From: a virus
Strand: one strand, 5' to 3'
Length of the DNA stretch: 64,000 nt
IMG/VR virus record: IMGVR_UViG_3300033149_002633
Span: 15,255-79,254 of that record
In this document: one piece after another, positions 8,363-18,791 of the stretch
Layout of the letters: each line of letters begins with the position of its first letter
Position numbering within the stretch: the first letter of the stretch is position 1
Notes under the pieces: model-generated
Told to the model about the DNA's origin: nothing
The model's database searches: none
The model's input: the letters and a program-made list of their open reading frames with translations, nothing else
Translations under genes and position numbers: made by a program

Positions 8363-11300
8363 TTACTGTGTTGGTTGTAAAAGGAAATATATCTTTTGAG
8401 TAACTTTATCAGTTACAACTTCTATACCAAAATATTGTAAGACATCTTGAGAATGAATTAGTTCTTTGATATAGTCTAATGAACATTTTGCCTTTTTTGT
8501 TAAAGTTGTAATAGGAGCACTACCAACTCTTTCAAGATATTGGTAAATTTTTATAAATCTTGTATCTAATATAACACCAAACTTTGTCCAAGCTTTTCCA
8601 ATCATAGTCATATAATCATTAGAATTTTTCAGACCATGAGTATTTACGATATGAGGAATAGGAACATCATCATCCATTTGAATAATTTCTTTTATTTTTT
8701 TATAGCTGATACCCCAACAATATACTACACTGAATTTTTCAGCTTCTGGGTCTTTCACTCTACCTATAGTTTGGTAAAATGATTGGTGTTCATTCATTTG
8801 TTCAAGCTTCTTAGATAAAGCAATATGAGAAACACTACTTTCATCATCAGAATCTATAAAAAGTCCTTGTTCATGATAAAAATTAGCTAACCATAAAGAG
8901 GAGTTTCTTGGTGGGGTAGGAGGACAAATACAAATCATCACTCTTTCTTTTTTTTCTACTCCTATCGTTTGTGATGAACGATACCACGTATAATGAACTC
9001 GTGGTATTAGTCCTTTTTCTCTCATATCTATTAACATTGCAGTAGTAGAACGAGAGTTAGGAACAACAACTAAAACATTCTCAGTTCCATGAGCTGTACA
9101 AACTTTATTTATTAAACTGATTAAGTTCTTTTGATTTTCATTCATTGTTTCACCTTTTTTAGGTCTTTCAAGTAAATCACGAACTGACTTAGTTATTGTA
9201 TCTGTTATCACTAATTGTTTATTGCATGTATTTCTTGGGTCTCCTACTACAAACCTTTCAAAATCTATTCTAAATATATCACTCATCTTTACAAGTGGCA
9301 TAGTAGCATCAGTTACTATAATCTGTTTTCCAAGCCAATTCATTCTTTCAACAAAATCAGTTATTTTTTGTATTTTAGGAGATGTTACAAAATTTGCAGA
9401 AATCTTTTTCTCTGTTACGTTATCTACTGGTGTGCTTTGTAACCACCATGTATCACTCTGTAAAAGAATAATCATTTTTATGAGAGCATTCAACCTCTCA
9501 TTAGTCCTCTTAGTATAGTTAGACAAAAGAGAATAAAAGGCAAAAAACATTTCTCTGAACTCTTCTAATCTTTCTCTTCCATCTTTCAATAAAAAGTTCT
9601 CTATTTTCCAACAACTAACCCTATCAAATTCCCCACTAAATCTTTTCTCTCTTATAAATCTATCAAATGCACTGATAAAGTCTGTAGTTATTTGACGTAA
9701 CATATCCATAGTATGAGTTGAATAAGGTTCGAAACTATTTTCTTCAAACATGTTAGGTGGTTTGTCTAATTTGCTGAGCTCTGCATAGAGCTGAGAACAA
9801 AAATCTTCATAATGTATCTCTACTTGTGATGTTCCATTTATATCCTTTACTATCTGTTCATACATTGTTATTGTTAATGGAGAACTTTGTACTAGTGTAG
9901 ATACTTCATCTAAAAAGATTATATCGAATATATTTTCAATCAACTCTATAAATTCTCTTGCTTCTGCTTCTGTATTTAATAACATAGCTGCTAATTTATC
10001 GTATGTGATAAATATCACATCATAATTAGCTATCTTTTGCATAACTGTTTGATAAGCACAATAACCTTGTTTTACTTGTTGAATTTGATATTGTGTTGCA
10101 TCTGCTTCTATTATAGCATATGGAGTTCCATCTTTCCTTCTATGTGGGAAGTCGAATAAGTCATGATAATATTCACATTCTCTCCTTCTCCCCTCATTCA
10201 TTACTACACATGATGGTTTGCTATGGAATGGTAATTTTTCCCATTCAATATCACTACTTTGTCCCCAATCTGGATTTTTTTCTTTCTTTTTCCTCAAATC
10301 TTCTAACGTAAATTTGAGCTTTAGACATGATTTTATATTAGATGAGAGGACTGCTCCATCTATTTTCTCTCCATATTTCTTATATACTAATCTTAATGCT
10401 TTTCCAAATACTGACCGAGCTATTTCAGTAGTAGGAACAACAGCAAGTATCTTTTTGTTATGAAAAACAGCTGCACGTATTAAAGTAGTAGTTACTCCAG
10501 CTCTTGTAGTTTTTATTACTTCCAGATTTTTGTTTAACATTACCATTTGAGATGCGAGATTGGTTATTTCTTCAAATCCTACCTCATTTTTCTCCTCCTC
10601 ATCTTGTTTGTCTTGTTTGTATCTTATTATATTTGGCTGTGGTTGTTTAAATAAACAGTAATTTCTTTGACATCTACTTGCATCTGCTATTGGGTCACAA
10701 CAATAATATTGATGTTCTTTATCTTGATAAATTATACATCCAGAAGGTTTATCTGGTTCATGTGGGTCTCTCAAAAAGGTTATTATATTACTGAAAAGTC
10801 TGTTCTTGTTTTTAGGTAAATTATCTTCTTCATCATTTACCATAAATCTGAAAAATAATGCTAAATCATTCCATGAATATTCTTTACGTGGATATGAGTC
10901 TTTATATCTTAATGATGCGAGATAACGCAAGAGAATAACTTTCATCCAGTGTTCATCTCTTCTCATCCATGCATTGTATATACATGGAGGAGTGAATTTT
11001 GGATTTGGGTTTGATACTAATTTTCTCATCTCATCGAGTTTTTCTATTTGTTTCTTTGTTAGTTTTTCATCTGGTTCTGGTATATTAAATCTATAAGAGA
11101 CTTTTCTTTTATTCAATGTGCCTATTCTTTGATATCTACTAATTGTGTTTGTTGAGACTTCTTTTATTATTCTACTATTGAATTGGAATGATGGGATTAT
11201 AATATTTTCAACTACAAGATTTCTTAGCTCTGTTCTTTTGATTGTTTCTTCTTTGTCAAAATTTCCTTCTTTATCTTTTACTACTGGAACACAATAGAAA

Positions 11301-11935
11301 GTTTGATATCCATGTTTTAGATATGCACTATATGGTATTCTAAATACATGTCTTCCTTTCTTGTACAGAGCTAAATCAATTATTATTTTATATTCTACAT
11401 TATCAATAGTTATCTTATTTTCTATTCCACTTCCATTTTTTGATATCTTAAATCCTTCTGATTTTTTTAATATTCCATTATTTTTCTTATTTGTCCCCCA
11501 AAGTATTTCCAGAAAGTGTGTTTTGGGTATTGGTTTATCACATCTTTGAATTCTATACATTCCTTTTCCGCTTACATAATCAAAGAATTTGTATTCTGGA
11601 TGTTTTTTACTCCACTCTTCCCAAAAGGTCATTACTGCGTTAAGCTTCATTTTCCTTATTTCATCAACTGTTTTTAGTTCTTCTACATATTTGGTCATTA
11701 TCTTTACATCTGTATCTATTGCAAAGATAGTATGGTCAGTTCCTTCTAAAGTTCTAAAAATAGGTATTAACGGGTTTAATGACATTGGGTCGAAATTTTC
11801 TTGCCATTTCTGTATTTTTTCTCCTCCACCTTCCGACCTCAATCCAGACGTTATACTGTTTGCGTTTCTTATGAAATCACTCATTATTTTTTTTAGTTGT
11901 TTTATTTTTTCCTCTCCAGTCATTGTTAAATACAA
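8363..11935 (-). CDS. archaeo-eukaryotic primase (PriS + PriL-like Fe-S domain) fused to an SF2-type helicase domain
   Basis: AEP motifs AIDTD, SGKG, D...RHVFRIPYS; PriL-like PPCI...H..VILLRYL and Cys cluster; helicase-like TRAGVTT, LAVVPT, FLDEVS, QTIGRVKD. Confidence 0.75.
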   Translation of the reverse strand: MYLTMTGEEKIKQLKKIMSDFIRNANSITSGLRSEGGGEKIQKWQENFDPMSLNPLIPIFRTLEGTDHTIFAIDTDVKIMTKYVEELKTVDEIRKMKLNAVMTFWEEWSKKHPEYKFFDYVSGKGMYRIQRCDKPIPKTHFLEILWGTNKKNNGILKKSEGFKISKNGSGIENKITIDNVEYKIIIDLALYKKGRHVFRIPYSAYLKHGYQTFYCVPVVKDKEGNFDKEETIKRTELRNLVVENIIIPSFQFNSRIIKEVSTNTISRYQRIGTLNKRKVSYRFNIPEPDEKLTKKQIEKLDEMRKLVSNPNPKFTPPCIYNAWMRRDEHWMKVILLRYLASLRYKDSYPRKEYSWNDLALFFRFMVNDEEDNLPKNKNRLFSNIITFLRDPHEPDKPSGCIIYQDKEHQYYCCDPIADASRCQRNYCLFKQPQPNIIRYKQDKQDEEEKNEVGFEEITNLASQMVMLNKNLEVIKTTRAGVTTTLIRAAVFHNKKILAVVPTTEIARSVFGKALRLVYKKYGEKIDGAVLSSNIKSCLKLKFTLEDLRKKKEKNPDWGQSSDIEWEKLPFHSKPSCVVMNEGRRRECEYYHDLFDFPHRRKDGTPYAIIEADATQYQIQQVKQGYCAYQTVMQKIANYDVIFITYDKLAAMLLNTEAEAREFIELIENIFDIIFLDEVSTLVQSSPLTITMYEQIVKDINGTSQVEIHYEDFCSQLYAELSKLDKPPNMFEENSFEPYSTHTMDMLRQITTDFISAFDRFIREKRFSGEFDRVSCWKIENFLLKDGRERLEEFREMFFAFYSLLSNYTKRTNERLNALIKMIILLQSDTWWLQSTPVDNVTEKKISANFVTSPKIQKITDFVERMNWLGKQIIVTDATMPLVKMSDIFRIDFERFVVGDPRNTCNKQLVITDTITKSVRDLLERPKKGETMNENQKNLISLINKVCTAHGTENVLVVVPNSRSTTAMLIDMREKGLIPRVHYTWYRSSQTIGVEKKERVMICICPPTPPRNSSLWLANFYHEQGLFIDSDDESSVSHIALSKKLEQMNEHQSFYQTIGRVKDPEAEKFSVVYCWGISYKKIKEIIQMDDDVPIPHIVNTHGLKNSNDYMTMIGKAWTKFGVILDTRFIKIYQYLERVGSAPITTLTKKAKCSLDYIKELIHSQDVLQYFGIEVVTDKVTQKIYFLLQPTQ

Positions 11936-11973
11936 TCCATCATAATCAATTTAAAGGTTGTTATCAAGTTATA

Positions 11974-11990
11974 TTCGAAAGGTTTAAAAA
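11974..11990 (+). promoter_or_regulatory. BRE/TATA promoter for the recombination operon (divergent from the primase promoter at ~11949-11960)
   Basis: TTCGAAAGGTTTAAAAA. Confidence 0.7.
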
Positions 11991-12061
11991 GGTTATCATC
12001 TACTATAATTTGTCGAAACAAAGTTTCGAAAAAAGTGAAAAAGAAATAAAGTGTGAGAAAA

Positions 12062-13522
12062 ATGGCAGTTGATGAACTGTTTTTGATGAAAAAACTCAAG
12101 GAAGTTGAGTTGAAGGACTTTTGTACTGCAGCTATGCAGTATGTAAAAGAGCAAGGTGATTATGAAAAAATCTTTACATATTATTGTGAAGATGAAGAAG
12201 GTAGAACAGATGAAGGTATCTTAGCATATGAAGTAAATAGTACATGTGAAGGAATATTCGAAGATAAACTATACAGATTTGGAACTGTAAGAGGAGCTAT
12301 GAATGCAGTAGTAACAAAGTTAAGACAAGAAGTCTATAAGAATCTCGGAGAACAACAAGTAAAGGATAAAATCAACAGTGGAGATTATATCCAACAAAGT
12401 GGTATTCTTATCGGAAGCTATGATTGGGAAATACAAAAGAATGATGGAGGCTCATTTATTAAACAATTCATTGCTATGCAGACAGATGATGGAGTAATAG
12501 AGGTATCATTAATCGGCGATAAGATAGGTAGTAGAAGATATGGTGTCCCAGTTCCATGGATGAAAGAAGTTACATTAGCAATTGAACCAAGGAAATTCTT
12601 TAGAGCCAACCAGAAAGAAGATATAGATAATGCAATTATCAGAGTATTAGATGTAGTTGATGATGAATATATATTTGATGACCTTATCGCAATGGCTGAA
12701 GATAAAGACTTAATCTATGATATAGACAGAATCATAGAAGAGTTTCCACCAAATGGTAATCTTAAGATTGGTGATTGGTTCTGGTTCAAAGGAGTTGCTA
12801 AAGTGAATAGAGCTATGACTGCTTTTCCAGTATTCGAATTCAGACAACAAACTGGTGATTTCCATCATTTGACTGTCGTTGATAAGAATGGTTCATTAAG
12901 ATATACTTTCAATCTTGGTGTTAAAGGTAAGTTCCTAAAAGATGAAGGAAGAGGATATTATCCTACTGTTCGTATGCAACCAGTCCAAATAGCTAAAACA
13001 GATGTTGATTGGTCTGATGATTTAATCGAATTAGTAGATTACCTTAATCAATCATCTGAGACATTAACTCCAGAACAACAATTTGATACTCTTTCTAACA
13101 ATATAGTTGATAGAGTATTTTATGCTCTGGTAAAGCTAGTTAAGATTGAAAGAAGAGAAGGACCAAGTAATGACCCAGATGACCAAGATACAACTGTAGA
13201 ACGTTTCTTCATTAATCTTAATACTGTGTATGTAAAATTTACAGACAAATTTGATATACAAGTATCTTCTCAAGAAGAAACTGAGAAAGAAGATAAGAAG
13301 GAAACTAAAAGTGGGTCAAATGAACAAAAACCAAAAGTAAATATACCTCATAAATCGTGGAAACCTAAGCTAAAGAAAAAGATTGTTGAATGGTTAAGTG
13401 TGATGTCTGAAGCAACCTTTGAATCTCTAAAAGAAAATGGTGTATTTGACGACTTTAAAGATGTCCCAGATAGTGCTCTCAAAGAAGTTTTTGATGAAAT
13501 AAAGAAAGAGATGAGTGAGTAG
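12062..13522 (+). CDS. putative ssDNA-binding (RPA/OB-fold-like) protein
   Basis: Beta-rich body, acidic linker and small C-terminal helical domain; lies directly upstream of a Sak4-like ATPase; start taken at ATG 12062; function inferred from context. Confidence 0.4.
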   Translation: MAVDELFLMKKLKEVELKDFCTAAMQYVKEQGDYEKIFTYYCEDEEGRTDEGILAYEVNSTCEGIFEDKLYRFGTVRGAMNAVVTKLRQEVYKNLGEQQVKDKINSGDYIQQSGILIGSYDWEIQKNDGGSFIKQFIAMQTDDGVIEVSLIGDKIGSRRYGVPVPWMKEVTLAIEPRKFFRANQKEDIDNAIIRVLDVVDDEYIFDDLIAMAEDKDLIYDIDRIIEEFPPNGNLKIGDWFWFKGVAKVNRAMTAFPVFEFRQQTGDFHHLTVVDKNGSLRYTFNLGVKGKFLKDEGRGYYPTVRMQPVQIAKTDVDWSDDLIELVDYLNQSSETLTPEQQFDTLSNNIVDRVFYALVKLVKIERREGPSNDPDDQDTTVERFFINLNTVYVKFTDKFDIQVSSQEETEKEDKKETKSGSNEQKPKVNIPHKSWKPKLKKKIVEWLSVMSEATFESLKENGVFDDFKDVPDSALKEVFDEIKKEMSE

Positions 13523-14369
13523 AATGAGTAAAACTAATCCGAATATAACTCTTAAAGCAACATCAATGAGTAGTACTTACATACCATACGTTAAGTGTCT
13601 CATATTCGGAGGAACAAATATGGGTAAGACATATCTATGTCTTAACTCATATTTTGAATATGAGAAGGAGAAAAAAGTCATATTCATTAATACTGACCAG
13701 CCAGAAAACTTTGCAAAGAATTTTAATATGTTATCAGAAGATGAGCAGAAAAGGGTTATTCAACCTCATGATGGAAATGTTATGGGAGCAAGACTTGGAG
13801 ATAAAGATGCTATTAAATCTATAGTCAATGAAATATTAAAACCTCCTATTTCTACGCTAATTAGAAATGGTGAAGTCTCATTAATTGCAGTGGATAGCTT
13901 AGATGTAATCCAAGAGGCTTATGAAGATTGGGAAGTTGCTCATGATTTTGGCGGTACTCCAGATATGTTCCTCAAAGGAAGAGCTCGTAAAGCGATGGAA
14001 AAAGAATTCCTTGTTCCTTTAATTAATTTACCTTGTAACTTCATAGCTACTTCTTTCTATGAGAATGTCTATCCAGAGACTGGAGGACCGTTCAAACAAG
14101 TGTTGGAGGCAAAGATTGATAATGTCAAAGCTACTGTAAGAAGACCAGTATCCAATGGTAGATATTTCAAACATTTTACGAGTATAATGGAACTACGCAA
14201 CTTATTCCCTCATGATGCTGTTAAGTCTCAGATTAATGGATACTTTATCAAATCTAAATGGTTCCAAGGTTTGTATGGATATCATAAGATTTCTGGTGAC
14301 AAGAAGACTAAGAGAGGACCATCTTATGCTCAACTGCTTCAATATGATAGAGAGGGTAAAACCTCTTAA
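13515..14369 (+). CDS. RecA-family/AAA_24 (Sak4-like) ATPase
   Basis: Walker A GGTNMGKT, VIFINTD, Walker B LIAVDSL. Confidence 0.75.
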   Translation: MSRMSKTNPNITLKATSMSSTYIPYVKCLIFGGTNMGKTYLCLNSYFEYEKEKKVIFINTDQPENFAKNFNMLSEDEQKRVIQPHDGNVMGARLGDKDAIKSIVNEILKPPISTLIRNGEVSLIAVDSLDVIQEAYEDWEVAHDFGGTPDMFLKGRARKAMEKEFLVPLINLPCNFIATSFYENVYPETGGPFKQVLEAKIDNVKATVRRPVSNGRYFKHFTSIMELRNLFPHDAVKSQINGYFIKSKWFQGLYGYHKISGDKKTKRGPSYAQLLQYDREGKTS

Positions 14370-14391
14370 TTTTTTTATTTTAGGTGATTAA

Positions 14392-14754
14392 ATGAAAGAA
14401 GAAGAAAAATCTGATATACAATCAAATGATTTGATTATTTCTCTCAATTGGTTAAAAGGTACAGCGATAGATATTGATAAAATATCACGTCATGAAGAAG
14501 ATATAACTTTTAAGGTGATATATAAGATATTACCAGATATATATAACAGATTTGTAATCTTTAGAGTAGAAGTAGAAACAAAAATTAAAAAAGAAATCGA
14601 TGAAAGGGAAGTAAAGTATTTACGTGATTTGATAAAAAAATCAGTAGGAGAATTGTTTGAAACAGCACCATATAATATAATGACGACAGATAAAGGTACA
14701 GTTATAGTTTTTCCTTTTTATAGGATTATTGATTCTTCAGAAACTTTTAGATGA
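14392..14754 (+). CDS. hypothetical protein
   Basis: GGTGA ribosome-binding site upstream. Confidence 0.7.
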   Translation: MKEEEKSDIQSNDLIISLNWLKGTAIDIDKISRHEEDITFKVIYKILPDIYNRFVIFRVEVETKIKKEIDEREVKYLRDLIKKSVGELFETAPYNIMTTDKGTVIVFPFYRIIDSSETFR

Positions 14755-14763
14755 GGTGATACT

Positions 14764-15093
14764 ATGTCAATAAGTCTTTCTGATTTAACTGAGATAGACC
14801 AGTTTGATGTATGTAAAATGTTGTTAGATGGTAAAGAACCTATGTTCCATGGTAAGAGAGTTGAGATACCTAATATGCTTTCAGCTAGATATACTTGTAT
14901 TTCATGTGGTGATGTTATGACCCCTATGTTTTACAAATCTGACCTTAGTAACATTTCTAAGAGAGTTATGTGTTCTAAATGTATGAATTGGTCTGTTTTA
15001 CACTTTATTGGTACTCCAGTTCAACATGAAGTTAAAAAACTGAAAAAAGTTGTACAAAAACGTTTAATGGAATTTAATTTAGAAGGTGTATAA
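14764..15093 (+). CDS. zinc-ribbon protein with C-terminal PIP box
   Basis: CISC...CSKC; QKRLMEF fits QxxLxxF; GAGGTGA RBS. Confidence 0.7.
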   Translation: MSISLSDLTEIDQFDVCKMLLDGKEPMFHGKRVEIPNMLSARYTCISCGDVMTPMFYKSDLSNISKRVMCSKCMNWSVLHFIGTPVQHEVKKLKKVVQKRLMEFNLEGV

Positions 15094-15562
15094 GATGGAA
15101 GAAAAAGAAATATTTGAAAAGATAAAAGAGAGTAATATACAACATATTAAATTTTCTATTGAGGATGAGATTAAATGGTTATTTGAAAAATGTAATGAGG
15201 AAGAATTAAAGAGTCTGCGTTCTTTAATTCATGACTTTAAAAGGACTAAAGAGTTTCATATAAAGATGGAAGAAATAAAAGAGGATAAAATTTCTGATTA
15301 TTTCTTATTAGATGATTGTCCTTTTTTGTTTTTTGGTGCTACTGTCTATGTTCCTAAGTATTATCCATATAGAAATGCAGATTGGATTAAATTTAAAGTT
15401 ACGATGTTAGATAAAATACACATAGATACATTTGATATTTGGAGAGAATTGGCTGAAAAATTGGGAGTTGAATACTATGACTTAATAATTAGAGCTTCTA
15501 CTAATGGTATGTTTCAATATATTAATGAGATAATGAGGGAGAAAATACATGGGGAAAAATAG
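15086..15562 (+). CDS. hypothetical protein
   Basis: ORF in operon. Confidence 0.65.
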   Translation: MYKMEEKEIFEKIKESNIQHIKFSIEDEIKWLFEKCNEEELKSLRSLIHDFKRTKEFHIKMEEIKEDKISDYFLLDDCPFLFFGATVYVPKYYPYRNADWIKFKVTMLDKIHIDTFDIWRELAEKLGVEYYDLIIRASTNGMFQYINEIMREKIHGEK

Positions 15563-15609
15563 AACCGAAAACTATAAATCTCATCCTTTTCTTTTTTATA
15601 TTGATAACA

Positions 15610-15993
15610 ATGGAAATAAATTATGAACAAGCAATGTTTTGGCTTTGGGTAGCAACTGTAGGTGGAACATTTCTTGGTACTACACTTTTCGTTCTAATCA
15701 GAAAATTACAAGGGAAACCAGTTGCAGCTCCAGAATTGATTAAGCTTTTTCAAAATCATAATAGATTAATTATGTTGTGGTTTTGGAGAGCATTAGAAGA
15801 TGGAGTTATAACTAATGAAGAAGCAATGGAGTTTAAAACTATTGTAACACAAGGATTTCAAGATATTCTTTCATTTATTCTTACGACTTATGGGAAACCA
15901 GAGTTGAAAGAAACCAACGATAAAGTAGTCATTCCAGAGCCTCCTTCTGCTGAAGAAATAAGAAATGAACTACCTCCTCCAGAGCCAAAGTAA
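15610..15993 (+). CDS. single-TM membrane protein (holin-like candidate)
   Basis: N-terminal TM FWLWVATVGGTFLGTTLFVLI and Pro-rich tail; start taken at ATG 15610. Confidence 0.55.
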   Translation: MEINYEQAMFWLWVATVGGTFLGTTLFVLIRKLQGKPVAAPELIKLFQNHNRLIMLWFWRALEDGVITNEEAMEFKTIVTQGFQDILSFILTTYGKPELKETNDKVVIPEPPSAEEIRNELPPPEPK

Positions 15994-15996
15994 AAA

Positions 15997-16854
15997 TTAG
16001 ATTATTCTTTTTTTAGTTTTCTTTTTTCTTTGTTTCTTTCTATTATGAGTTATGAGAGCATTTTGTACTTCCCAAAGGTAATTAGGTAATTCAAATACTT
16101 CTTCTTCTTTATCTACGCCTAACATTTTCCCAAATATTTGAGGTGAGAAAACTACTATCATTGTAAATAATGATGCCATGATTATTACTAAAACAGAATT
16201 ATTTACAATCCATTCTACAAGAGCTGAATTGCTATTTAGTTGTTGATTTAAATAGCTTACAATAGCTACTAAGATAGAACCTCCCATACCTCCTAACAGA
16301 CCAGAATTTCTGGCTTTTCCTAATTCATTCTTAAAGGTATTGACCAGATTTTCGCTATTTTTAGCTATGTATGACATTTGAATTTTGGTTTCTTGTATGT
16401 CACATCTTGTATCTACTATCTCTTGCGATAGTTGTGCTAAACCTCTTTCTAAGTTATAGATTCTTTGGCGTAGTATATTTACTGTTACTTTATCGATATG
16501 CATTTCAATTTCTGCTAATAAGTTTGGAATGTTTATTGGTTTCTTGAAGACATTTTTAACACCGGCATTTAAAAACTCTTCATCATCATCATCGTTAAAA
16601 CCAGTGATACCTACTATAACTGCGTCTGGGTCGATTTTTAGTATTTCTTCTGTTGCTCTACTTCCACTCATAGTTGGCATGACTTTATCCATTAAGACTA
16701 TATCTGGCATAATCTTCCTATATGATTTTACGGCTTCGTCTCCGTTGTTTAATACTACTACTTCGAAACCACGTTCTTCAAATTTAGTGGCGAGTGCTTT
16801 TGCAAACTCATCATTATCATCTACAATCATGACGCAGTTTCTGTAACTCATCAA
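15997..16854 (-). CDS. response-regulator receiver fused to coiled coil and two TM helices
   Basis: CheY-like IVDD, phosphoacceptor VLMDKVMP, GITG, FKKP; then a coiled coil, two hydrophobic helices and a basic tail. Confidence 0.9.
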   Translation of the reverse strand: MMSYRNCVMIVDDNDEFAKALATKFEERGFEVVVLNNGDEAVKSYRKIMPDIVLMDKVMPTMSGSRATEEILKIDPDAVIVGITGFNDDDDEEFLNAGVKNVFKKPINIPNLLAEIEMHIDKVTVNILRQRIYNLERGLAQLSQEIVDTRCDIQETKIQMSYIAKNSENLVNTFKNELGKARNSGLLGGMGGSILVAIVSYLNQQLNSNSALVEWIVNNSVLVIIMASLFTMIVVFSPQIFGKMLGVDKEEEVFELPNYLWEVQNALITHNRKKQRKKKTKKRII

Positions 16855-16886
16855 TTTAAAGGTAGAAAAAAAATATAAAAATTTAT

Positions 16887-17894
16887 TTATGCTATTAATT
16901 CTGTCATATATTTCTCGATAGTTTCAAAGCTTTGTTTATCATCACTATAAGTGGATATCATCTCTATTTCTGGATAAGAAGGTGAATAGAAACCAAATTC
17001 TTCACATTCATATACATAACTACATACCATACAAAATTTCTGCATACCTACATTTCTTGTCAAATGGTTTATCGTGAGTGGTTGCGGGTCACGAAATTTT
17101 TTCTGAGCACGTTTGAAATCCTCCACTTTTATTGCATACCATTTAACTTGATATTTTGCACCTCCTAATAATACACACATTGTGTATGGTTTTCCGCTAT
17201 GGAAGTAATAAGGTATATTTTTTAACATCGCTGATAATTTTTTAAAGTATTCTGAACTTGTTAATAGATGAAAATATCCACATAATTGAATATAATGATT
17301 GGGTAGTGATGATACACTACTCTTCCAATCAATTATTAGGATTTTCCATCCTACTGGTGTCTTAAATAATGTTAATAAGTCTATGGTTCCAGAGAAAGAA
17401 TTTAATTCGTCTATAGTACCATCATCTTTTCTTACTATATGTCTTAATTTCTTTTCTATTGCTATTATCTTTATCTTGCCTTTATAGTCTCTCCAGAAAG
17501 ATACAAAGTTATTATATACTCTTTCTATTTCGTTTATGAATATGCTAAAGCGTTGTTTATTATTCATTAGTCTTGATAACAGTTTTCTATCTTCTGGTGA
17601 TAATACTACTTGTTCTGTTTGTAATCCTATTTGTTGTCTTAGAAAGTTCTCTATTTTACCATGAATTATTGTTCCAGCAATAGCCTTTAGGTTATTTCTT
17701 ATTTTTTTATCTTTATGTATCTTTTTCCAGTTTTCTATACCTACTCTATCTCTTTCATGGATAGGATGGAGATATCCACTCATCTCGCATACTATTGTCT
17801 GTGCTATCTCTGTAGTTCTTGGTATTAAGTATTCTCTATTGTTTTCTCTGTAAATATAAGGCATATTACTCTCCTTTTTGTTTATTTTGTACAA
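16887..17894 (-). CDS. Cas4-like PD-(D/E)XK exonuclease
   Basis: GTIIH, IEKKL, GTIDLL, IIDWKS, QLCGY and C-terminal CxxC-x5-C. Confidence 0.85.
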   Translation of the reverse strand: MYKINKKESNMPYIYRENNREYLIPRTTEIAQTIVCEMSGYLHPIHERDRVGIENWKKIHKDKKIRNNLKAIAGTIIHGKIENFLRQQIGLQTEQVVLSPEDRKLLSRLMNNKQRFSIFINEIERVYNNFVSFWRDYKGKIKIIAIEKKLRHIVRKDDGTIDELNSFSGTIDLLTLFKTPVGWKILIIDWKSSVSSLPNHYIQLCGYFHLLTSSEYFKKLSAMLKNIPYYFHSGKPYTMCVLLGGAKYQVKWYAIKVEDFKRAQKKFRDPQPLTINHLTRNVGMQKFCMVCSYVYECEEFGFYSPSYPEIEMISTYSDDKQSFETIEKYMTELIA

Positions 17895-18462
17895 GGTTAC
17901 TTAGTTTATTGATTTTCTTTTGAGCTTTTACAGCTATTTCTGAATAACCTTTCTTTTCTGCTTCTTTCATTATTGATTGTAGTCTTTTTATATCATTTGT
18001 TTTATCTATTTCTCCTTCCATCATTTTCATTTCTATTTCTGCTATTTTCTTTTCTGCTGGTTCTTCCACTTCCATCTCTTGTTTGAATTGTTCTTTAGTT
18101 CTCTTTGCTTCTAATCCTACAGCTTTTAAGACATCTCCAAGTTTAGCATAGCCTTTTTTAGGTGGTGGAGCTGGTGAATTTAATTCTTCCAGAGTTAATG
18201 ATGGAGGTTCTATTTCTATTTTTGACATTTTTCTAAGTGCTTCTTCTGTCCTCTTTTTTTCCTCTTGTATTTTATCTAGCTCTTCTTGTGTTACATAAAA
18301 ATCATATCTTGTCATGTAGATAGGGTTTCTAATGCATTGGTATTGACCACACCATCCCCAAGGTCTTTCTCTTTTTGTTTTGGGGTCAAATGCTCTGATA
18401 TATCGAGCACATCTTTCTTTTTTATTTTTTCCAACGAAAAATTCACATTCCATAATAATCAC
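17866..18462 (-). CDS. Cys-containing, charged hypothetical protein
   Basis: N-terminal Cys cluster and coiled-coil C-terminus. Confidence 0.65.
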   Translation of the reverse strand: MIIMECEFFVGKNKKERCARYIRAFDPKTKRERPWGWCGQYQCIRNPIYMTRYDFYVTQEELDKIQEEKKRTEEALRKMSKIEIEPPSLTLEELNSPAPPPKKGYAKLGDVLKAVGLEAKRTKEQFKQEMEVEEPAEKKIAEIEMKMMEGEIDKTNDIKRLQSIMKEAEKKGYSEIAVKAQKKINKLSNLVQNKQKGE

Positions 18463-18488
18463 TAACTAATTGAACATATTGAACAAAT

Positions 18489-18791
18489 TTAAACCTTTCT
18501 ATCCTCCTTAATGATTATGTCTATTTCAGTCTCGAACCCATCATAATCTACTTTTCTTCGATGTTCATTACATACTGCAACGAAAGATAGTTTATGTGTT
18601 ATTATATCTTCTATTAATAGAAGGTGAGTAGGAGGATTATTACAACCAATTCTGTTACATTTATTTTGATGTTTAATCCATTTGACTATCTTTTTTTGTT
18701 CATTGAGAGGTAAAGAAAAGAAAAGTAGATTGAGAGCTGATAGGTTTCCGATTTCTCTTGTTTCAGTCATCATAATCATCTCCTTCTTCAT
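18489..18791 (-). CDS. hypothetical Zn-binding protein
   Basis: CNRIGC...CNEH. Confidence 0.6.
   Translation of the reverse strand: MKKEMIMMTETREIGNLSALNLLFFSLPLNEQKKIVKWIKHQNKCNRIGCNNPPTHLLLIEDIITHKLSFVAVCNEHRRKVDYDGFETEIDIIIKEDRKV

Noticed and set aside
16887-17894. Cas4 as evidence of a CRISPR-Cas locus
   Set aside because: Solo Cas4-like nucleases are common in archaeal viruses; no cas1/cas2 or array present
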